From the NCBI RefSeq assembly GCF_030028105.1, contig NC_092379.1:24855821-24919820 (forward strand): a stretch of DNA of 64,000 nt. The letters run 5' to 3'. Below, piece after piece: positions 1 to 12,500 of the stretch (positions are counted from its first letter, which is position 1; each line of letters begins with the position of its first letter). A program made the position numbers and the translations under genes. The notes under the pieces are model-generated. The model made no database searches, was not told where the DNA came from, and saw nothing but the letters and a program-made list of their open reading frames with translations. The stretch comes from Mobula birostris. Taxonomy: Eukaryota.

Positions 1-129
1 AAAGGGTGCTCAGGGCTCTGATCGTAGGATGTTCAACCATTTGATAAATAGATTTGCCTGAGGTTTCCAGCATTTGTCTCCACAGCCTCTCCACTAACTA
101 TTCTGGAATTCAGATATCGCACAGCCCGC

Positions 130-1180
130 CCCCCACCCTTCCCGCAACTCTTGTTTAAGCCACGTCGTGCTGCATTAACAAACCTTCCAGATAGGATATT
201 ATTACCTCCTCCAGTTCAGGTGCATACTGTCCCTTGTGAACATATAACACCTTCCCTGGAAGAGACAATTGCCTTATCGTTTGATACTGAGGGCAGTCCA
301 TGTTCCAAGGATTCCCCAGTGTTGTTCCTAACTCCTCCTCCGTTACGTTGACGACTGTGTTAGTGTTGCTTCCTGCAATCATATTGACAGCACAACATCA
401 CCAATTTTGCCTCGAAACGCAACACTTTCCTTAGATTCACTCCGTCCATTTCTGATATCACCCACCGCTATTCCGGTATCTCTGTCTCTATTTCTGCAGA
501 CAAACCGTCGCCTGACATCTTCTACAACCTGCTGAATCCCACGATTATCTTGACTATATCTCTTCGCAACTCGCCCTTTGTAGAAATGCTATTCAAGTTT
601 CTGAGTTCCTTCATCTCCACCACATTGCTCCCAGGATGTGGCTTTCCATCCCAGGACTTTTGATAGGACATCCTACTTTAAAACACAGGGTTTCCCATCC
701 TATACGATTGAGGCAGCTCTCACCTGCATCTTCTTATTTCCCAAACATCCGCATTCACTCCATCTTCCTGGTGCGTTAACAGTGATATAGTTCCTCTTGT
801 GCTTATCAACAATACCGTGATACTGCACATCCGGCAGTTCTTTCACAACGGATTACATTATCTCCAAAGGGATTCTACCACCAAGCATAAACTTACCCCA
901 ATCCTTGTCTCTGGTTTTCGCAGTGATTCCTCATTCCCTGAATCACTTGTACAATTTCCCCTATATTATTTTCCCTCTCGGTACTTATTCACGCAAGCGG
1001 CAAAAATACTACACGTGTCCTTTCAGTCATTTCTCACTTCCATTTAGAGGCCCAAACCGTCCTACCAGGTACATGCTAATCCGCTGATATCGTCTATTGT
1101 ACTCTTTTGCCCGCTGTGGTCCACATACCTTGATGCAACTTGTTGTAAAATTGGAGTACCGCTTTGTGGAACAACTTTCA
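130..1180 (+). mobile_element. Decayed Penelope-like element (RT C-terminus to start of GIY-YIG)
   Basis: The sequence is homologous throughout to the better-preserved Penelope-like copy at 31.4-33.7 kb and has many stops and frameshifts. Confidence 0.6.
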
Positions 1181-1800
1181 GAAGTCTATGTTCATGCCGT
1201 CAGGTTGCAGGTTAGCCAGACGGAATATAAGGCGTTCTTCCTCCAACCTGAGTGTGGCTTCATCTCTACCGTAGAGGAGGCCGTGGATACACATATCTGA
1301 ATGGGAAAGGGACGTGGAATTGAAACGTGTGGCCACTGGGAGATCCTGCTTTTTTTTCTGGCGGACAGGACGTAGGTGTTCAGCAAAACGGTCTCCCAGT
1401 CTGAGTGATATATACACACACATTCTTTTTTCTGTCCTTTTTTTCCCTCTGTCCCTCTCACTATACCCCTTGGACATTCTCTGGGATTTCCCCTCCCACT
1501 TTTCTTTCTCCCTAGGCCTCCTATCCCATGATACTCTCATATCCATTTTGTCAATCAACTGCCCAGCTCTTAGCTCCATCCCTACCCGTCCTGTCTTCTC
1601 CAATCATTTCCGAACTCCCCTCCCCCTCCCACTTCCACGTCTCTTACTAGCTCTTCTTTCAGTTAGTCCTGACGAAGTGTCTTGTCCCGAAACGTCGACT
1701 GTACCTCTTCCCAGGGATGCTGCCTGGCCTGCTGCGTTCACCAGCAATTGTTATGTGCGTTGCTTGAAATTCCAGCATCTGCAGATTTCCTCGTTTTTGG
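1181..1800. mobile_element. Penelope-like 3' fragment with inverted 5' part
   Basis: 1181-1403 is the reverse complement of the GIY-YIG tail (LGDRFAEHLR...LQPDGMNIDF). 1404-1800 is the forward 3' UTR matching ~33355-33750. Confidence 0.8.
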
Positions 1801-2459
1801 GTTTTTTAAAAAAAGGAGGAATTAAGTCTCGCTTAGGAAAAAAAACAAACGATAATTTCAGAAATAGATAGTTTAAGGCGATAAGACCTGATAGGATGAT
1901 CTTACGTTCCCGTGGAGAAGAGGCGTGAAAGTGTTCATCCACCTAAAAACCATAGTCACCGCCATAGACAGGATCCTGACTGGGATGCTTACCAGTACCA
2001 AAGATACTCGACTCGCACAGATACTGTTCCAAAAATAGAACCCCTTTGACAACCAAGCCAAGCCCATTAGTATTATTTATGTGCACGTCATCTCATTTAC
2101 TTCTTCAGGTCATCTAGTTGACGCAGCCTGTCGTCTCGGCGTCTACTTTATAAGACGTGGTTGATGGCATATTTCTTTTCAGTACGTTGGGCATGGCCAA
2201 TGGCCAAATGAGCAAAAGAAACACGCTGAATGTTATTTCACCGAAGTAGAACGAAATCACAAAGTGGGACAGTAGTTGTTTCGGTGCTAGAAAGATCTTG
2301 CGGAGAAGACCAGTGGAGAACTACGGCCGGAAGTCGCTAAGGAAACCTTTGAGGCCACGGTGCAGTGAAGCCAGTAACTTCCTGCAATGCTGATATGCGT
2401 TGGGTTTGTACAGCGTTGATAAATCCCGCTTATCATGTGCATGAGCCGCTCAGTAGCTT

Positions 2460-2665
2460 TTGGACACCAGGGCTTCGGAGTTTTGTGTTCATTCCCTGCG
2501 CCCTTGTAAGGTGTTTCTGTACTTCTTGACCGTGGAATGCGTCGGTGTAGCTGTGTGCTCCTGCTTCATCAAACGGTCGAAAAAGGTATTGGGTAGTTAA
2601 ATTGTAAAATATTCCGTGATTAGATTAGGGATAAAATGGGTTTGTCGGAGGTCGCTGAGAGTCAC
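2460..2665 (+). mobile_element. Degenerate chondrichthyan SINE-like repeat
   Basis: Recognised from motifs (ttcattccc...tgtaagg...accgtgg...gtaaaatattccgtgatta) and partial similarity to 35450-35580. Confidence 0.4.
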
Positions 2666-4359
2666 ATGTCATAGGTTCATATTCCATACTGCATTTCTAA
2701 GTAAATCAGAGATAAACATGACAACAGTTCTATCACTACACACAGCATTGAAGTCCTATGACAACTAAAACAATCGGTTTTCCTAACCCTGTGGACGTTC
2801 TAGTTGTCACTTGTGGTCCATTGCACCGGAGTCCATCATGGATTACACTGTATAATTTTCAATAGATACTGCCATGATCTATGTTAAACACCATATATAG
2901 CCAACTTCCTCTTTCAATTTCCAACAAAGAGGGACATTTCATCCATGTCTATACACCATACTGAACAATCTTTCACATTACTTTGGGTCTAATGATACGC
3001 GGTTCGGTCACTTCATATATTGAACCAGCCTCAATGCACGTGGAGCAATTGGTGCTAATGATAATCAGAATAAAACATGCTCTTGCAAGTGAATGGTGTT
3101 GTTACACATGGCCGCAACAACTAATCCTGTCACTCCTAATTCAGCACTGACTCTTGCGATAAGAGCAGCAGCGTCGTGCCCGTGATCTGGTAGGAATACA
3201 CTAAGCTGAGCCATATACAAATAGACAAATATATAAACATTTATTCACAGACTACTGCAGAACCAGTTAATTCAGTCGAGTCGCCCATGCCGAACTGTTA
3301 TGTGTATTTGTACCACTGATCCGTATCTGCAAGATTCCTATTCTCAGCTCTCTCATCAACGTATTAAATGTAAACTGTCTTGCATGCTGCAATAAAGCTT
3401 GCATCCACGACTTCCGCAGGCAGCTTGCTCCGTTTTTGCACTAAGCTCCAATAGATGTTCCCTCATCAACATTCCCGTGAATATGGTCCTGGGAATAAAA
3501 TTTATTCTAGTCAAATTGCACCTCATACTCGACGTATCAGCACATAATAATTCAAAGTATTTGTGCTGTAAGGTCTCTGCGAGACATATGTCTTTAATTC
3601 GTCAGAAATTATTACCAAGATGTACAGATTAAAAATGAATTCAGATTTTGCATGTGCATTCAACGCAGAACATTAAGGTTGTGATCACTTACGGAACCCG
3701 AGTTTCAGCGTCCAGTCCTGTATTTGCAAATAATTTGTACAATTTATTTCTAAACCTTTATCGCCTTGTCATAAAAAAAAGTAGTTCAAGTTCACATTGT
3801 AATTTATTGTCTTTCAATCGTACACATGAACACCACCAAAAGATACAACGTTCTTCCGTAATAAGGTGTAGAACACTGTATATAAAACTCACATACGTAA
3901 CATATAAACTTCAATGTTCGAAATATAAAGAATATTTCATTATTAAACTGCATAATTGTTACCATTCACGGCCGTGAGATTCATCTTCTTGCGAGCATTC
4001 TCATTATATCTATAGCATAATAATAACACCAAAATCAATGAACGACCGCCGAAATTGAGCATTCAGCCAGAGTGCAGACAAAAGAGAACAGAAAAATGAA
4101 AACGAAGAAATAAGAATATTCAATAAATAGGCAATACATATCGAGAACATGAGTTGAAGTTTTCTTGAAAGTGAGTGCCTTGGTTGTGGAAACATTTCAA
4201 CGATGTGGCAAGTGAAGTTTTCTCCAATGTTTCAAAAAACCTGATGGTTGAAAGGTAGTAATCCGATGATTTGAGTCCTGAACTTCCTATATATTCTTCG
4301 CGATGCCAGCAGTGAGAAAACACGTCATGATGACTGATATCGTTTTTTTTTTTGTTTTT

Positions 4360-4389
4360 TGTGTGTGTGTGTGTGTGTGTGCGTGTGTG
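4360..4389. repeat. (GT)n microsatellite
   Basis: Direct read, preceded by a T-rich run. Confidence 0.9.
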
Positions 4390-4399
4390 ACCGTTTCAT

Positions 4400-5440
4400 G
4401 TGGATATGCGCAGTGGTAAAGAAAGCTTTATCCATGATGAAGTGGACCATATCCACAACTGTTTGTAGGATTTTCTGTTGAATAACATTAACGACTCAAT
4501 ACCAGACTGAGATACAGCCAGTCCTGGTATGCATCCATGGACATATCCATGGACGTTTGTAAAACATTAAGCTGCCATAATAAAGTGGAGGAGCCACCTG
4601 CTTTCCTCGTAATTGTACTTATATGCTGGGCCCAAGACAGGTCCTCTGAAATATTAACACATTGGAATTTAAAGTTGCTTACCGTCTGCAAATCTGGTTT
4701 TTCGAAAGGGACTTGCTAATGGATCTCTAGTTTCCTTCTGCTGAACACTGCAATCAGTTCCTTGGTCTTGCTGGCGTTGTGTAATAGTTATGTTATAACA
4801 CCACTCAGCCAGAATTTTACTCTCCTTCATATATGTTGAGTCGTCCGCAGTATCGAATACACCCACCAAAGCGGTGTCATCAGCAAACGTGAAAATGTCT
4901 TTGAGCTCTGCTTAGCCACACGGTCATAATTGTAAACTGAGTATATCAGGAGATTGATAACACAACCTGTGCGGCAACTACGCTGATGGACTTCGTGGAG
5001 ATGTTGTTGTCAATCCGAAGCGATTGGGCTCTGCTAGTGAGAAAATCCAGGATCCAATTGCACATGAAGGAATTCAGATCAAGTATTGATCAGTTTTGAG
5101 TTGATTATGATATTAGATGCTGGGCTATATTGGTTAAGCAGAAGACTGATGAATGCATCTTTGAGATTAAGATGTTTCAGGGTTGAAGGAAAATCTAAGG
5201 GGATGGCATCTACTGTGGACCGGTTATCGCGTTCTGGAAACTGGAGGGAACATAAGTCGCTTTTCAGGCAGGAGTTGATATGACTGATTACAAACCTCTT
5301 AAAATACCTCATTACTGTGATTGTAAATTCTGCTGGTCGTTAGTCGGTGAGGCAGGTCACCACATTCCTATTGTAACTGAGGCCTGTTTGAAGCAGGTGT
5401 GTAACACACACCAAAAGGGTAGTAATATTACCACCGATAA
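4400..5440 (-). mobile_element. Rex1/Babar-like LINE RT fragment
   Basis: ORF 5079-5312 (YFKRFVISHINSCL...LQF..RDNRSTVDAI...LKHL) resembles Rex1-type RT. It is degenerate. Confidence 0.7.
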
Positions 5441-6439
5441 AAAAAAAAATATGGCAAGAACCGTTAACGATAATAGTTAAAAAATAATAACACAACGCTA
5501 TTGGTGCTTCATGATTGATGAGGACTGAGTGGTAGCTGGCAGCTTAGTCGTCTATCGGCCTGGGGCAAGATGTTGTATCTATCCTAACAGCATTTTTGTC
5601 CTAATGCTTCCGTACATCTTGCTTCATGGCAGGGCTCAATGAGATTGCTGGATGGATGTGAGGGATTATTGACAATGCTAAATGCCCATGCTACGCAAAA
5701 CACATTATAGACCTCTCAGTGGTGGAAGAAAGACACAAAAGAACCTCTCAGAAGGCCCTTAGGGCCCCCTGTCAGATAGGCAATCATGAAGATAATAATA
5801 TTTCTGTATCCATTTTTTTTCTTCAGCATTCGACATAAAGCCATTTCCCTACATTCACCAGGATAGGGTTGTGCCCCAAGTCTCATCGTGATGGAACCCA
5901 ACAAAATACTGAACCAGAAAGGGCGTGCGTTTACGTCATTCCCTTTCTGACGCTGAATTCAATGTATGTTTTCCCTGCATTTGCCATCCTACGGACTAGT
6001 CACGAAAATGTTCTGTTCTGGCGAGGTTAATACTGTCGTACTGTATTGGCGTTGGTACTGTCACATACACTTATTCCATTTTGCGGAAACACTCTTTCGA
6101 TAATTGACTGTTGCTTGAATTCTTCTCCGTGCGGTGTTTGTGCCGTGGCCTCATTACTCATCCCAAATACCATTGGTGCACATTTCTGGACCAAACTTCA
6201 TTCTACATTTACTGCTCGTTTCGCCTTAAACTACTTCCCAGACTATCAACAACGCTGCCGATATGAAAAGGAACTAAAAGCATCTGCAGAATTCCTCGTG
6301 TTAAGAAGTTCTATTAACGTGTGGTAGAGGTCGATATTATTGTTGAGATATCATTAGCATCGGTGTGTCCCAGGAGTTGCGATGTCATTGCTATCTCTCC
6401 CCATTTTCTACTTATATTTTATTATCGGTGAAGTGGGGG

Positions 6440-7035
6440 CCCTCAATGCTTAGAGTTGACATAGACAGGATGACTTGGCTGTCTAGATACCCAATGGTAG
6501 GCAGTACGATATGACGAGCCAGTTGTAGCATGTAGCAACCTTCCTCTCTCCATGCATCTGGTGAACCCAAACGAACGGATGAGAGCAGTATGGTAGCAGG
6601 AGTGTCGCGGGAATTGCCGTTTACCTGTGAACTCAATGTAGGACTGTCTTCGGGACTCCAGTTCTACGATTCTTTCCACGGGGTTTACTTCTGAAGCTTT
6701 CCCCATGAACTGGTATTGTCGCAAAGTAGCGAAGGTTGGAGATCAGTGTTTCCCTTTTCCTATATGTACTGCCAACAACGGCTTACGATCTACATCAGCC
6801 CGAAGCAACTTGATTTACGGCGTCAGTAACCGTCTTTGCCCCTTCTCCTGTCAGTCCAATCGGCATCGCCGGGCTTAGCAGTTGAGCCACGCGTGAAGGC
6901 CATTGGGCGGACCAGTTTGTCAGAGTCTATTTGAGGCAAACACCGCAGGGCCATTTAATAATTAGTGGGCGTTTCTCCCAATTAACAGTCCACACGAACC
7001 AATTATCCGGCTATAGAAACCTAATGGAACCAATT
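6440..7035 (-). mobile_element. RTE-like LINE 5' region fragment
   Basis: Recognised by resemblance to vertebrate RTE-clade 5' sequence (ccttctcctgtcagt...gccgggcttag...gtgaaggcca...tatttgaggc). Not verified by search. Confidence 0.4.
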
Positions 7036-7444
7036 ATCTCTAGACAACAAGTTTTAGTACAACCACTGTAAACGAAGGACATAATTCTCTGCGTCTGAAA
7101 GCGCCACTGACTTGAAAAATACCAGGAAGTCTCCTGACAACAACCATTCAATATGTCTCGTTCTATCCTTCTCCGTGCGGGTGTGAACTGTAGACAACAG
7201 ATTTAGACTAAATGCAGATTTGCAAACTTGTTACTTTGAGTACCTTTTCCTCCTTTTATTTTACGTCTCTGGAGATAAACATATTCTCGAAAAAGATCGA
7301 TGGTTACAAATGTGCCGCCCTTACTGATTCTCAGCAGTGACCTTTACGCCTGTTTTCAGAGAGCTGACTTTACTGTACACCTGTCATCATACTACTGACA
7401 TGAGGGATGGCGTTAGAAATATTTGAGCAAGTTGCAGAGTTTGA

Positions 7445-9300
7445 AACATAGAAAAACAGAAAACCTACAGCACAATACAGGCCCTTCGGCCCACAAAGTT
7501 GTACCGAACATATCCCTACATTTGAAATTACTAGGTTTACCTATAGCCCTATATTTTAGTAAGCTCCATGCATCTATCTGAATGTCCAATAAAAGACCCT
7601 ATCGTAACCGCCTCCACCACCGTTGCCGGCAGCCATTCCACGCACTCACCACTCTCTCAGTAAAACTTTACCACCTTACCTGACTTCTCCTCTGTACCTA
7701 CTGCGTAGCACCTTAAACCTGTGTCCTCTTGTGGCAACATTCAGCCCGGGGGGCGGGGGGTGGTGGAAGAAAACCTCTGACTATCCACACGATCTATGTC
7801 TCTCATCATTTTATACACTTCTATCGGGTCACCTGACATCCTCCGTCGCTCCATGGAGAAAAGGCCGAGTTCAGTCAATGTATTCTCATAAGGCATGCGC
7901 CCCAATCCAGGCAACATCCTTGTAAATCTCCTCTGCACACCTTCTATGGTTTCCACATCCTTCCTGTAGTGAGGCGACCAGGATGGAGCACAGTACTCTA
8001 AGTGTGGTCTGACCAGGACCATACATAGCTGCAACATTACCTCTTGGTTCCTAAATTCAACTCCACAATTGATGAAGACCAATAGAGCTTACCCCTTCTT
8101 AACCGCAAGGTCAACCTGTGAAACTGCTTTGAGTGCCCATGGACTCGGACCCAAAGATCCCTCTGAGCCTCCACATTGCAAAGAGTCTTACCATTAATAC
8201 TATAATCTGCCATCATAGTTGACCAAACGGAATGAACCACTTCACACTTCCATGGGTTGAACTCCATCAGCCACTGCTCAGCCCAGTTTTGCATCCTATC
8301 AATATCCCGCTGTAACCTTTGACAGCCTTCCAAATAATCCACAGCACCTCCAACCCTAGTGTCATCAGCAAACTTACTAACCTATCGCTCCACTTCCTAA
8401 TCCAGGTCATTTATAAAAATCTCGAAGAGTAAGGGTCCCAGAACAGATCTCTGAGGCACTCAACTGGTGACCGACCTCCATGCAGAATATGACCAGTCTA
8501 CAACCACACGTTGCCTTCAGTGGGCAAGCCAGGTCAGAATCGACAAAGCAATTTCCCCCACATCCCATGCATCCTTATTTTCTTAATAAGCCTTGCATGG
8601 GTTCCTTATCAAATGCTTTGCTGAAATCCATATGTACTACATCCACTGCTCTTCATTCATTAATGTGTTTATTCACATCCTCAAAAAATTCAATCAGACT
8701 CGTAAGGCACGACCTGCCCTTGACAAAGCCATGCTGACTACTATTAATCAAATTATACCTCTCCAAATGTTCATAACTCCTGCTTATTAGGACTTCTCTA
8801 TAAACTTACCAACTACTGAGTTATGACTCACTGGTCTATAATTTCCTGGGCTATCTCTACGCCCTTTCTTGAATAAAGGAACAACATCCGCAACCTTACA
8901 ATCGTCCAGAACGTATCCTCTCCTCATTGATTATGCAAAGATCATCAGCAATCTCCTCCCTCGACTCCAACAGTAGCCTGGGGTACAGCTTTTCCGGTCC
9001 CGTCTACTTATCCAACGTGATGCTTTCCAAAAGGTCCAGCACATCCTCTTTAAATAATATTGTTTAGTATTCCCACTGTCACACTTCATAGGCCCTTTTC
9101 TTTCATGTCTAATCCTGTTGTTCTTCACATACCTGTGGAATGCCTTGGGGTTTTCCTTAATCCTACCCGCCACGACCTGCTCGTGGTCCCTTCTGCCTCT
9201 ATAATATCCTTCTAAACTCCGTCCTATTGGCCTTATCAACTTCTAGATTTGTAACATTACCTATTTCTCTGAACCTTTTGTAAGCTTTTCATTTCTTCTT
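7445..9300 (-). mobile_element. CR1 LINE, 5'-truncated and decayed
   Basis: RT C-terminal ORFs (RPHLEYCAPSWSPHYRKD; FNPWKCEVVH) and a catagaa-type 3' tail near 7445. Confidence 0.9.
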
Positions 9301-9596
9301 TCCAAGATGTATTACAGCTAAGAACATTGGCTTTCTATCGCCTGGCCATTAACTGGGGTAGGCTATTATAATCAAATCAGCTTTGTTCCATGCAAAAATG
9401 CTGCAATAAGTAAAGGAGTGTAATACGTTACAGCAACTGTTGAAGCACTACTACAATTCTATCTCACATTTCATAATGTGCTTTCAAGCTTCAACTGGTA
9501 TTAAGCAAATGGAATGTAGACCATTCAGCTTATGTAGAGCCAAGCTATCTCACAACATATCTCATCTGCTCCATTCCGCTTTCTGTCTCTGTAATT

Positions 9597-12500
9597 CATA
9601 GAACATAGAACATAAAACATAGAACATAGAATAGTACAGCACAGTACAGGCCCTTCGACCCACAATGTTGTGCCGACCCTCAAACCCTGCCTCCCATATA
9701 AGCCCCCACCTTAAATTCCTCCATATACCTGTCTAGTAGTCTCTTAAATTTCATAGTGTACCTGCCTCCACCACTGACTCAGGCAGTGCATTCCACGCAC
9801 CAACCACTCTCTGAGTAAAAAACCTTCCTCTAATATCCCCCTTGAACTTCCCACCTTTTACCTTAAAGCCATGTCCTCTTGTATTGAGCAGTGGTGCCCT
9901 GAGGAGGAGGCGCTGACTCTCCACTCTATCTATTCCTCTTATTATCTTGTACACCTCTATCATGTCTCCTCTCATCCTCCTTCTCTCCAAAGAATAACCG
10001 TAGCTCACTTAATCTCTGACCATAATGCATACTTTCTAAACCAGGCAGCATCCTAGTAAATCACCTCCGTCCCCTTTCCAATGCTTCCACATTCTTCCTA
10101 TAGTGAGGTGACCAGAACTGGACACAATACCCCAAGTGTGGCCAAACCAGAGTTTTATAGAGCTGCATCATTACATCGCGACTCTTAAACTTATTATCCC
10201 TCGACTTATGAAAGCTAACACCCCATAAGCTTTCTTAACTACCCTATCCACCTGTGAGGCAACTTTCAGGGATCTGTGGACATGTACCCAGAGATCCCGC
10301 TGCTCCTCCACACTACCAAGTATCCTGCCATTTACTTTGTACTCTGCCTTGGAGTTTGTCCTTCCAAAGTGTACCACCTCACACTTCTCCGGGTTGAACT
10401 TCACCTGCCATTTCTCAGCCCACTTCTGCATCCTATCACTGTCACTCTGCAATCTTTGACAATCCTCTACACTATCTACAACACCACCAACCTTTGTGTT
10501 GTCTGCAAGCTTGCCAACCCACCCTTCTACCCCGACATCCAGGTCGTTAATAAAAATCACGAAAAGTAGAGGTCCCAGAAAGGATCCTTGTGGGACACCA
10601 CTAGTCGCAATCCTCCAATCTGTATGTACTCCCTCCACCACCACCCTCTGTCTTCTGCAGGCAAGCCAATTCTGAATCCACCTGGCCAAACTTCCCTGGA
10701 TCCCATGCCTTCTAACTTTCTGAATAAGCCTACCGTGTGGAACCTTGTCAAATGCCTTACTAAAATCCATATAGATCACATCCACTGCACTACCCTCATC
10801 GATATGACTGGTCACCTCCTCAAAGAACTCTATCAGGCTTGTTGGACACAATCTGCCCTTCACAAAGTCATGCTGACTGTCCCTGATCAGACCATGAATC
10901 TCTAAATGCCTATAGATCCTATCTCTAAGAATTATTTCCAACAGCTTTCCCACCACAGACGTAAGGTTCACTGGTCTATAATTACCCGGACTATCCCTAC
11001 TACCTTTTTTGAACAAGGGAAGAACATTCGCCTCCCTCCAATCCTCCGGTACCATTCCCGTGGACAACGTGGACAGAAAGATCCTAGCCAGAGGCTCAGC
11101 AATCTCTTCTCTCGCCTCGTGGAGCAGCCTGGGGAATATTCCGTCAGTCCCCGGGGACTTATCTGTCCTAATGGATTTTAACAACTCCAACACCTCCTCT
11201 CCGTTAATATCAGCATGCTCCAGAACATCAACCTCACTCATATTGTCCTCACCATCATCAAGTTCCCTCCAATTGGTGAATACCGAAGAGAAGTATTCAT
11301 TGAGGACCTCGCTCACTACCGCAGATTCCAGGCACATCTTCCCACCTTTATCTCTAAACCTTCACTCCTGTCATTTGTTTTTTCTTCACATAATTGAAGA
11401 ATGCTTTGGGGTTTTCCTATAGCCTACTCGCCAACGCCTTCTCATGCCCCCTTCTTGCTCTTCTCAGTCCCTTCTTAAGCTGCTTTCTTGCTTCCCTATA
11501 TTCCTCAATAGACCCATCTGATCCTTGCTTCCTAAATCTCATGTATACTGCCTTCTTCCACCTGCCTAGAATTTCCACCAAACTTGTCACCCATTGTTCC
11601 TTCACCCTACCATTCTTTATCTTCCTCACCGGGACAAATTTATCCCTTACATTCCGCAAGAGATCTCTAAACATCGACCACATGTCCATGGTACATTTCC
11701 CTGCAAAAACATCATCCCAATTCACACCCTCAAGTTCTAGCCTTATAGCCTCATAATTTGCCTTTCCCCAATTAAAAATGTTCCTGTCCTCTTTGATTTT
11801 ATCCTTTTCCATGGTCATTATAAAGGCCAGGGGCGGTGGTCACTGTCCCCCAGATGCTCACCCACTGAGAGATCTGTGACCTGACCCGGTTCATAACCTA
11901 GTACTAGATCTAGTATGGCATTCTCCCTGGCCGGCCTGTCCACATACTGTGACAGGAATCCGTCCTGGACACACTTAACAAATTCTGCCCCATCTAAACC
12001 CTTGGAACTAATCAGGCGTCAATCAATATCAGGGAAGTTAAAGTCACCCATGATATCAACCCTGTTATTTTTGCACCTTTCCAAAATCTGCCTCCCAATA
12101 CTTTCTCCCATACTGTTAGGGGCCTAGATGGTTTAGAGTTTGTAAAATGCGTTCAGGAAAGTTTTCTAAATCAATGTATAGAGGGACCAACTAGAGGGGT
12201 GCAATATTGGATCTCCTGTTGGGTAACGAATTAGGGCAAGTGACAGAAGTCTGTGTAGGGGAGCACTTTGGTTCCAGTGATCATAACACCATTAGTTTCA
12301 ATTTGATCAGGGACAAGGATAGATCTGGTCCTAGGGTTGAGGTTCTGAACTGGAAGAAGGCCAAATTTGAAGAAATGAGAAAGGATCTAAAAAGCGTGGA
12401 TTGGGACAGAATGTTCTCTGGCAAAGATATGATTGGCAGGTGGGAAACCTTCAAAGGGGAAATTTTGAGAGTTCATAGTTTGTATGTTCCTGTCAGAATT

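Noticed and set aside
1985-2067. TTT GGT ACT GGT (FGTG) with an overlapping GTAAGC donor, as a J or leader
   Set aside because: There is no TxLxV tail, no RSS and the splice phase is wrong.
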